Below, piece after piece: positions 56,626 to 64,000 of a stretch of 64,000 nt of DNA. Origin of the DNA: Opitutia bacterium (GTDB taxonomy: Bacteria > Verrucomicrobiota > Verrucomicrobiia > Opitutales > Opitutaceae); contig CANJVR010000003.1 in NCBI GenBank assembly GCA_947478395.1, positions 416,001 through 480,000 on the forward strand, written 5' to 3'. Position numbers and translations under genes: made by a program. Position 1 is the first letter of the stretch. The number at the start of each line of letters is the position of its first letter. Under the pieces are notes generated by a model. It did no database searches. It saw only the letters and a program-made list of their open reading frames with translations, and was not told the DNA's origin.

Positions 56626-57678
56626 TTATTCCAGCGGACCCTCGGGCTCCGGGCCATGACCAGAGGGAATGATCGTCGGTGCTTCCACCCAGCGTGCGGG
56701 GATGGTCGTCATCGAACACGAGGGCGGAATGCCATGCTGGTTGCGATGGAGCTGGGCGATGACGAGCTCCGCGGCCTGCGTGCCCCATAAGCGCGGTTGC
56801 AGGTCGAGCCCCGCACACGTCGTGGTTTCGGTGAAAAGGTTGAGGCAGAAAAAACCGTTCGTTTGCGGAATTTTCGCGCCGCACGCCTTCATCCATTCCA
56901 AGGCCTGGGTGTGATGGCCCAGCACGACGTCGGGCTGGTGCTGGCGAAACCACGCGGAGAAAAGCGCCGGCGTGATCTCCGGTACGACGAGCGGCGGCAC
57001 GCGCGTGAGCCCCTTGGCGTGTTGTTGAAAACCGAGGAAGGCGCTCTCGAAACTATGCTGCAGGCGCTCGTCGCGATGACTGGTTAGGAAGATGCCGGGC
57101 CGGCGGTAGCCGCGGGCGTGGAGCCGTTCGAGCACGCCCATCAACGAGCGATAGTGCGCGGTAGAGACGGCGTGCAGGGGCGGACGCTGGACAATGTAGT
57201 CGCAATAGACCGCCGCATAGTGCGACCAGTCGAGCGCGGTGAAATCGGGCGTGCCCCACGCGGGCATCAGGATCAGGCCGCGGATGCCCCGCGCTTTCAG
57301 AATCCCGTCGAGCCGTTTCAGGGGCATCGTGCGTCCGCCGGCCTCGAATTTCTCGAGGCCGAAGCCCAGTTCCGCGGCGCGATCGCTCGCGCCGGCGATC
57401 AGCTCGGTAAAAAACCGTTTAAAGACCGGCGGACGGTCGCGCTCCTCCAGCAAAACGGAGGCGAGCATCCCTCGGAACGCGGCGTTGTGCGATCGGCGGA
57501 TTTCCGACATCACCGCGCTGGCGAGGGGATTGCTGCGATAGCCCGCGGCGGCGGCGGCCTGGCGGATGCGCTCGGCGGTCTTCGCGTTGACGTTCGGCGA
57601 ATGGCGGAGGGCGTCGGAGATGGTGCTCCGCGAATATTTCAACAACTTGGCGAGCGAACGGAGAGTGTGGGCGGCCAT
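56626..57678 (-). CDS. LacI family transcriptional regulator
   Basis: TLRSLA..L..SRSTIS.ALR..P.V...T..RI..AA...GY..NP, L.ARGI.G, L..RGYRR.G. Confidence 0.9.
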   Translation of the reverse strand: MAAHTLRSLAKLLKYSRSTISDALRHSPNVNAKTAERIRQAAAAAGYRSNPLASAVMSEIRRSHNAAFRGMLASVLLEERDRPPVFKRFFTELIAGASDRAAELGFGLEKFEAGGRTMPLKRLDGILKARGIRGLILMPAWGTPDFTALDWSHYAAVYCDYIVQRPPLHAVSTAHYRSLMGVLERLHARGYRRPGIFLTSHRDERLQHSFESAFLGFQQHAKGLTRVPPLVVPEITPALFSAWFRQHQPDVVLGHHTQALEWMKACGAKIPQTNGFFCLNLFTETTTCAGLDLQPRLWGTQAAELVIAQLHRNQHGIPPSCSMTTIPARWVEAPTIIPSGHGPEPEGPLE

Positions 57679-57829
57679 GACGTTGGATACGCGGCTATCG
57701 CGCGGGGGGTGGGCTGACAGGGGCAAGAAGCAATCGTGGAATGCGAGTTAGGCAACAGCGCATGTCCGGGCGGCTGAAAAAATGCGAATGGTCAGCCCCC
57801 CGTGCCGGGCTGAGGGAAGAACCGCCGCC

Positions 57830-58963
57830 TCAGTGCGTGGCAGGGAGGAAATAGAACAGGATGCCAAGAATCAGGTAGAGCGCGAGGAGTTGCACGCCCT
57901 CGAGCCAGTTGGACTCGCCGTCGCCGGCAATTTGGTCGGTGACGAACGCCGCCATCACGACGGCGGCAATTTCCGGGAGCGTGAATTCCAGGTTCATCTG
58001 GTGGGGGAAGGCGTAACTGGCAAACACGAGCACGGGCGCGACGAAGAGTGCAATCTGCAGACTCGAGCCGACGGCGATGCCGAGCGATAGATCCATTTTG
58101 TTTTTCAGCGCCATCGTTACGGCCGTCGAGTGCTCGGCCGCGTTGCCCACGATGGCGACGATGATCACGCCGACAAACACCTCCGTGACGCCGAGCGAAT
58201 GTTGCGCGGCCTCGACGGCGCCCACCAGAAATTCTGAAACCCAGGCCACGGCGATCGTGGCCCCGAGCAATACCCCGACCGCTTTTCCCACGGGCCAGAT
58301 AGCTTGGTGCGCGTCGGCGTCATTCCCGGTTGTGGCCAAGTCCGCTTCGCCGCCGACGAACAGCTGCTTGTGCGTGACGAGCGAGAATACGAGCATGGCG
58401 CCGTAGGTCGCAATCAACACCACGGCGATGGCGAGGGAGAGATTTTGCTCAGCGGCGGGACTCCAGCCCCCGGGCGCCTGGGCGGCGGCGTAATGGAAAA
58501 TCGTTGGAATCACGAGCGCCGACGCCGCGAGAATGAGCGCCGTGCACGAGGACCGGGCGGCGGTTTTGTTGAACCGCTGGTGTTTGAATTTCATCCCGCC
58601 GGCGAACACCGACACGCCGAGCACGAGCAGGAGGTTGCCGATGATCGAGCCGGTGATGGACGCTTTGACGACGCCGATATGGCCGGCGCGCAGGGCCATT
58701 AGCGCGATGATGAGTTCGGCGGCGTTGCCGAAGGAGGCGTTGAGCAATCCGCCGATGCCTTCGCCCATGCGGTGCGCGAGCTGCTCCGTGGCGTGGCCCA
58801 TCCAGCCGGCGATCGGAATGATCGCGAGCGCGGCAACGATGAACAGCGCGGTATCGTTGCGCCATGCCGGTACATAGCGGAGCGCGAACGCGACCGGGAC
58901 GAAGATGAGCAGCCAGTCGAGCGAGGGCGTGAGCCAAGGAGATTTTTTTGCGGCGGGGGACAT
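57830..58963 (-). CDS. cax: Ca2+/H+ antiporter
   Basis: [50 protein letters not shown]. Confidence 0.94.
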   Translation of the reverse strand: MSPAAKKSPWLTPSLDWLLIFVPVAFALRYVPAWRNDTALFIVAALAIIPIAGWMGHATEQLAHRMGEGIGGLLNASFGNAAELIIALMALRAGHIGVVKASITGSIIGNLLLVLGVSVFAGGMKFKHQRFNKTAARSSCTALILAASALVIPTIFHYAAAQAPGGWSPAAEQNLSLAIAVVLIATYGAMLVFSLVTHKQLFVGGEADLATTGNDADAHQAIWPVGKAVGVLLGATIAVAWVSEFLVGAVEAAQHSLGVTEVFVGVIIVAIVGNAAEHSTAVTMALKNKMDLSLGIAVGSSLQIALFVAPVLVFASYAFPHQMNLEFTLPEIAAVVMAAFVTDQIAGDGESNWLEGVQLLALYLILGILFYFLPATH

Positions 58964-59058
58964 GAGGACGGAAGGAAGCGGAGCATTCGAGAATCCGCGG
59001 CTTTTTCCAAGCCGGGTCCGGTTGACCGCGGGAAAAGGCCCCGGTCTTCTCGGTGGCC

Positions 59059-59157
59059 ATGGACTGGTTCGTCGACCCTCAAATTTGGATTTCACTCCTC
59101 ACGCTCACCGGGCTCGAGATCGTGCTCGGGATCGATAACGTCATCTTCATCTCGATC
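59059..59157 (+). pseudogene. TerC family membrane protein, N-terminal 33-codon fragment
   Basis: MDWFVDPQIWISLLTLTGLEIVLGIDNVIFISI, then abrupt loss of similarity; the frame runs into the tex 3' end. Confidence 0.85.
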
Positions 59158-59233
59158 CGCGCGCCCGTTCGGTGGAAAAAATGGCCGCGATTCAAGCCGC
59201 GGCCTATGCAAGGCGGGAACGACCCGGATGAAC

Positions 59234-61612
59234 TCAGCGCTTTTTATTCAGCGCGGAACTAAACCAGTCGTTGTTCACGGCGGCCGGCGGACGCGGAGCG
59301 GCGGGCGGAGGGTTGGCGCCCCGCGGTGCTCCGGGGCTGGTGCGGGGTGAGGGCGCCCCGCCTCCCGCTCCGCTGCCGGACTTCGGGCCGATCTCAGGCT
59401 TGCTGCGCATCGAGAGCGCGATGCGTTTCCGGGGCAGATCGATCTCGGTGACCGTGACGGAAACTTTCTGGCCCGGCTTCACGACCGCGGCAGGCTCTTT
59501 TACGAAGCTGTCGGCGAGCTGGCTCACGTGCACGAGTCCGTCCTGGTGTACGCCGATGTCCACGAATGCCCCGAAGGCCGTGACGTTGGTGACGATGCCG
59601 GGAAGCTTCATGCCGGGCTTTAGGTCCTCGGGCTTGTGCACGGTCTCGGAAAAACTGAACGCTTCGAATTTTTCGCGCGGATCGCGGCCGGGTTTCGCCA
59701 GTTCGGCGACGATATCGGTAAGGGTGGGCAGACCGACTTCGGCCGTGACGTAGGATTCGAGTTTGATTTGGGCGCGGACGCTCCCGTCGCGAATGAGATC
59801 AGGCACGGTGACGCCGAGATCGGCCGCCATTTTTTCCACGAGGGCGTAGCGTTCCGGATGCACCGCACTCGCGTCGAGCGGGTGCGCGGCGTCGCGGATG
59901 CGCAGAAACCCGGCGGCCTGCTCGAAAGCTTTCGGCCCGAGCCGCGGTACGTTCTTCAGTTCGGAGCGGGCTTTGAACGGGCCGTGCTCGTTGCGGTGGG
60001 CGACGATCGCGGCGGCGGTGGCGGTGTTCAGGCCGGAGACGTAGCTGAGGAGTTGCTTGGAAGCGGTGTTGAGTTCGACGCCCACGCCGTTGACGGAGCT
60101 CACGACGGTATCGTCGAGCGAGCGCTTGAGCGCGGCTTGATCCACATCGTGCTGATATTGCCCGACGCCGATTGATTTCGGGTCGAGTTTCACGAGTTCG
60201 GCCAGCGGGTCCATCAGGCGGCGGCCGATCGAGACGGCGCCGCGCACGGTGAGATCGTGATCGGGAAATTCTTCGCGGGCGACGTCGCTGGCCGAGTAGA
60301 TCGAGGCGCCGGATTCGTTGACCATCACGATCGGAATCGAAGCGGGCAGGCCGAGGGCGCGCACAAATGCCTCGGTTTCGCGGCCGGCGGTGCCGTTGCC
60401 GATGGCGATGGCCTCGACTTTGAAAAACTGCACGAAGCCGAGGAGTTTTTCCTTGGCCTCCGCTTCGAGCCGGTCCGGGAAGACGACGTCGTTGTGCAGC
60501 AATTTTCCCTGTCGATCGAGGAGCACGACTTTGCAGCCGGTGCGGATGCCGGGATCGATCGCGAGCACCGCGCGTTGGCCGAGGGGCGCGGCGAGAAGGA
60601 GTTCGCGCAGATTCGAGGTGAAGACCTTGATGCCCGCTTCGTCGGCGCGCTTCTTTGATTCGAGCCGCATCTCGGTTTCCATCGCGGGCGAGAGCAGGCG
60701 TTTGCAGGCGTCCTGCACCGCGGCGCGTACTTCGCTCGCGCATGGGTTCGGGGTTTTTGGTTTCGCGTTTTGACTGGGTCGGGCGAAGAGCGGTTCGACT
60801 TCGGCGGGAGCGGTCGCCTCGTCGGGGAGCGTGACGCGCATCATCAGAAACAACTCTTTCTCGCCGCGGCGCATCGCGAGGACGCGGTGGCTGGGGGCTT
60901 TGGCCAGCGGCTCGTGCCAGTCGAAGTAGTCCTTAAACTTCGCCGCTTCGGGCGTCGCGTCTTTGCCCGTGAGAACTTTCGAAGAGACGATGGCATCGCG
61001 TTGGTAAATGAGACGCAGCCGGCTGCGGGCGTCTTTGTCGTCGCTCACACGTTCGGCAATGATGTCGCGCGCGCCGGCCAGGGCTTCGTCGGTCGAGGCG
61101 ATCGTGGCGGGCAGATTTTTACCGTCGTCGGCGACATACTCGCGTCCGACGTAGGCCTGCGCCGCGACGAGCGGATCAGTGGCTTCGTCCTGGGCGAAGA
61201 CCAGATCGGCGAGTGGCTCGAGGCCTTTCTCCTTCGCGATGGTTGCGCGGGTGCGTTTCTTGGGACGGAACGGCAGGTAGATATCTTCGAGCGCGGTGAC
61301 GGTGTCGGCGGACTGCAAGGCGCGTTCGAGCGCGGGCGTGAGCAGATTGCGCTCCTTCAGCGAACCGAGGATGGAGGCGCGGCGTTCGTCGACCTGGGCC
61401 ATTTGCTCCATGCGGTCGCGAATGGCGAGCACCTGCACTTCGTCGAGTTCGCCGGTGGCTTCCTTGCGGTAGCGGGCGATGAAAGGGACGGTTGCGCCCT
61501 CCGCGAAGAGCTGAGCGGTGGCGGCGACTTGAAAGACCTTGATCTTCAGTTCGGCCGCGAGGCGGAGGACGTGATCGGGATTGGGTTGGGTCGGAGAGGC
61601 GACGGCGGACAT
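59234..61612 (-). CDS. tex: Tex RNA-binding transcriptional accessory protein
   Basis: GATVPFIARYRKEATG.LDE, LEDIYLPFRPKKRT, DPG.RTGCK, IGNGTAGRET, IGVGQYQHDV, S1 domain. Confidence 0.96.
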   Translation of the reverse strand: MSAVASPTQPNPDHVLRLAAELKIKVFQVAATAQLFAEGATVPFIARYRKEATGELDEVQVLAIRDRMEQMAQVDERRASILGSLKERNLLTPALERALQSADTVTALEDIYLPFRPKKRTRATIAKEKGLEPLADLVFAQDEATDPLVAAQAYVGREYVADDGKNLPATIASTDEALAGARDIIAERVSDDKDARSRLRLIYQRDAIVSSKVLTGKDATPEAAKFKDYFDWHEPLAKAPSHRVLAMRRGEKELFLMMRVTLPDEATAPAEVEPLFARPSQNAKPKTPNPCASEVRAAVQDACKRLLSPAMETEMRLESKKRADEAGIKVFTSNLRELLLAAPLGQRAVLAIDPGIRTGCKVVLLDRQGKLLHNDVVFPDRLEAEAKEKLLGFVQFFKVEAIAIGNGTAGRETEAFVRALGLPASIPIVMVNESGASIYSASDVAREEFPDHDLTVRGAVSIGRRLMDPLAELVKLDPKSIGVGQYQHDVDQAALKRSLDDTVVSSVNGVGVELNTASKQLLSYVSGLNTATAAAIVAHRNEHGPFKARSELKNVPRLGPKAFEQAAGFLRIRDAAHPLDASAVHPERYALVEKMAADLGVTVPDLIRDGSVRAQIKLESYVTAEVGLPTLTDIVAELAKPGRDPREKFEAFSFSETVHKPEDLKPGMKLPGIVTNVTAFGAFVDIGVHQDGLVHVSQLADSFVKEPAAVVKPGQKVSVTVTEIDLPRKRIALSMRSKPEIGPKSGSGAGGGAPSPRTSPGAPRGANPPPAAPRPPAAVNNDWFSSALNKKR

Positions 61613-61722
61613 GCGAAGAAAACTGCCGACAACAGAGCGCCGCGCGATGCGTGCAATCCCCAAAATTTCCGACGCCTGCCGAGACTGGAATCGCACACGC
61701 TTATCTTGCGAAACGGAGAGGG

Positions 61723-62868
61723 ATGCTTTGGATTTTTGGCCTCATGCTCGCACCGATCGGCGTCAGGTTGCGTTGGATTTTGTTGGGGTCGCTGGCGTTC
61801 GGTGGCGCCGGATTGCACGCTGCTTTTGAGTTGAGCGGGGACTTGCCCTCGCGCCGCGCCGACGGGCCGGTCGTCGTTTCGCGTGAATGGCTGGAGACCC
61901 GCGATTCGGTGTTGGTGGCGACCGGAAAACTCGCGACGGGTCGGTTTCAGGTTAAGGTGAACAGTGGTCCGGGATTGTTCACGATTCGCGTGGGCGACAG
62001 TGAGACCTCCTTTGTGGTGGGGGAAGGGCAGGCATTGCAGGTGTCTGAGGCCGAGAGCGGCGCATTGCTCGTCGCCGGCGGACCGGACCAAAAACTCTAC
62101 GCGGACTACGAGATGTTTCGCAGCGAGTCCCTCGGGCGGCTCGTGCTCCCGGTGCGTGCCGCGGGTGCCGCGGCCCAAATTGCCGGCAATGATGCGGAGG
62201 TCGCACGGCTGACCGAAGCTGAAGTCGTGGGCTATCGTAAACATCGGCACGAGTTGAACGACTTCACGCTGGAGCGGCTGCGCGGTTCGCCGGCGCTCTA
62301 TGCGGCGGCGCTGCGTTGGGATGGCGATTACCGCCTCGAAGATCTGGCCAAGGCGGTGCGAGAATTTTCCGAACGTGATCCGCAGGCTGAAATCGCGCGT
62401 TTGTTGGAAGCGCGCATCGCGCGGTTTCGTGCGACCGCGATCGGTGCGATCGCGCCGGCGCTCGCGGGGGCGACGCCGGCGGGGCCCGCCTACGCGCTCG
62501 CTGCTCTCCGTGGCCGGTTGGTACTCGTCGATTTCTGGGCTTCGTGGTGCGGACCGTGCCGCCGGGAAAACCTGCACTACGTCGAACTCTACCGGAAATA
62601 TCACGCGGCCGGTTTTGAAATCCTCGCGGTCTCGGTGGATCAGGACGCCGCCGCTTGGAAAGCGGCGATCGCAAAAGACGGAGCCATCTGGCGGCAGGTG
62701 TCCGATCTCACCGCGTGGAAATCGCCGCTCGCCGCGGCGTACAATGTGACCGCTTTGCCCGCCAGTTTTCTGCTCGATGGTGAAGGTCGGATCGTGGCGA
62801 AAGACCTGCGGGGCCCGGCGCTCGACGCGGCGTTGGCGGAGCGCATGGGAAAATTGCCGGTGCGTTGA
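61723..62868 (+). CDS. TlpA-family thiol-disulfide oxidoreductase with N-terminal extension
   Basis: LRGRLVLVDFWASWCGPCR.EN, GFEILAVSVD, P.SFLLD.EG.IVA..LRG. Confidence 0.9.
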   Translation: MLWIFGLMLAPIGVRLRWILLGSLAFGGAGLHAAFELSGDLPSRRADGPVVVSREWLETRDSVLVATGKLATGRFQVKVNSGPGLFTIRVGDSETSFVVGEGQALQVSEAESGALLVAGGPDQKLYADYEMFRSESLGRLVLPVRAAGAAAQIAGNDAEVARLTEAEVVGYRKHRHELNDFTLERLRGSPALYAAALRWDGDYRLEDLAKAVREFSERDPQAEIARLLEARIARFRATAIGAIAPALAGATPAGPAYALAALRGRLVLVDFWASWCGPCRRENLHYVELYRKYHAAGFEILAVSVDQDAAAWKAAIAKDGAIWRQVSDLTAWKSPLAAAYNVTALPASFLLDGEGRIVAKDLRGPALDAALAERMGKLPVR

Positions 62869-63048
62869 TCGCAAGCGAGCGGACCGGCCGCGCTTTTGAC
62901 GCTAATTTTCCGGCGGCGGATGAGGTTTTTGCAGATTCGGACATGAATCCTAGTTGTCAGCGGCGAGGAAACCTGTGGGTTTTCTCGCCGCTTGAATCTC
63001 ATCGTTGTCATCTTGGCTCGATGGAGCTCCACTCCGTCGCAACGCGCG

Positions 63049-63067
63049 CGATCAGACCGTCTGATCG
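63049..63067. promoter_or_regulatory. Putative operator palindrome upstream of the epimerase
   Basis: cgatcagac-c-gtctgatcg, perfect 9-bp arms ~75 bp before the ATG. Confidence 0.55.
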
Positions 63068-63140
63068 ATGCGGTATTTCGCCGTGCGTTTCCCGCCCGTT
63101 GAGTCGTCTCCCCCGTATTTCGCCCAAATAAAATCTCATC

Positions 63141-64000
63141 ATGTCCGCCATTAACGCGTTTCTGCTCAATAACGGCCTGCGCATTGCGACTAATCCGTGC
63201 GTGTCCCCGGACTTCTGTCTGGATTGGTCGGCGCTCAGCGCGAAGCTGCTTCAAGGCGCCCAGTTAAAGGTCTACGCGAAGAGCCGTTTCGCGACGGCGG
63301 TGGGCGACTTCACGTTGGTGGAGGATGCCGCGACCGGCGACTGCGCCTGGCAGTTGGACTCCAGCAAAAACGACGCTCGGGCCGTCGCGTTGATCGACGG
63401 TGTGACCAAGCCGGGCGGACCGGCCTTTTTCCCCGCCACATTCGCCAATCTGCTCCGACTCAAGAATCTCGCGCAGGAACACGATCCGCGCTCCACGATT
63501 TTTCCGGGCGCGACCGAGCAACTCGGCCGGAGCACGCTGGGCATCGGCGCCCGTTTCACGACGTTGCATTGGCCGGCGGTGGAGTGGGCGATGGCCCAGC
63601 TCGCGATCGGCGTCACCGCCAACCAGAATTCCATCCCGCGCGAACTCGTCTACGACACCGATGTCATGCTCGCCGGCAAACTCGACACCGTGCCGTTTCC
63701 CTTCATCGGCACCAACGTCCCCGAGGGTCACCAGGGCCAGAGCGTCGAAGGGATGAGCCATGGTTGCGTCCTCTCGAAGCTGAAGACGGGGTTTCACCAG
63801 CGCCGCATTGCGTGGTCGTTCAACGCTGACCACCAGCCTATCGGCGGCAAATTCGATAACCGCGAAGACGCGCTCGTCACCGGCTGTGTGCTCGCGAGCT
63901 ACATCACGTTCGATCTCTCGCCTGAACTCGCGCAGACGAAGGTGGCGGACGATGCCGCGGCTTGGGTCGCCGCCAATGTCCCGGCTGCAATCGTAGCCAC
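63141..64000 (+). CDS. uxaE: Tagaturonate/fructuronate epimerase (UxaE)-like protein, truncated by window end; absent from the ORF track
   Basis: Open frame from ATG 63141: MSAINAFLLNNG...STLGIGARFTTLHWP...NQNSIPREL...WSFNADHQ...YITFDLS, comparable to UxaE G.GDR / QQS.RE / DADH / FT.D.S. Confidence 0.65.
   Translation, partial: MSAINAFLLNNGLRIATNPCVSPDFCLDWSALSAKLLQGAQLKVYAKSRFATAVGDFTLVEDAATGDCAWQLDSSKNDARAVALIDGVTKPGGPAFFPATFANLLRLKNLAQEHDPRSTIFPGATEQLGRSTLGIGARFTTLHWPAVEWAMAQLAIGVTANQNSIPRELVYDTDVMLAGKLDTVPFPFIGTNVPEGHQGQSVEGMSHGCVLSKLKTGFHQRRIAWSFNADHQPIGGKFDNREDALVTGCVLASYITFDLSPELAQTKVADDAAAWVAANVPAAIVA

Noticed and set aside
58964..59058. yybP-ykoY (Mn) riboswitch before the terC fragment
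   Set aside because: No GGGGAGUA-type motif and the spacer is short.

Overview
High-GC bacterial chromosome segment, most likely from an Opitutaceae/Verrucomicrobiota organism (inferred from gene set, SD-less start contexts and repeat families). It is mostly core and housekeeping DNA. Contents in order: the end of an L-Ara4N (arn) operon with split ArnA; LptF/G; a TPR-S2P-like-prmB operon; puuD; an ArsR/DUF2892/RND/rhodanese cluster; a PafA phosphatase; metW-metX; yidC-yidD-rnpA-rpmH without dnaA; three PPIases; MATE and Mdt-type efflux; a LysM protein; a Str2-like cystathionine gamma-synthase; xth-pncC; an ABC exporter; two Spy-like proteins; a uronate/pectin locus (ogl, SSS, two SDRs, LacI); cax; tex; a TlpA; and the start of a UxaE-like epimerase. 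I found no rRNA, tRNA, CRISPR, transposase, integrase or phage genes. The most notable signals are: (i) puuD is bracketed by two direct copies of a ~130-bp element with terminal inverted repeats, like a cassette; (ii) the site-2-protease homologue has lost all its catalytic residues; (iii) two tandem cyclophilins carry TPM-like C-terminal domains; (iv) the RND cluster looks linked to sulfane sulfur; (v) several heavily deleted pseudogenes hide in intergenic gaps; (vi) several small repeat families occur, some inside coding sequences or supplying start/stop codons. All calls are by eye from motifs; no database searches were run.
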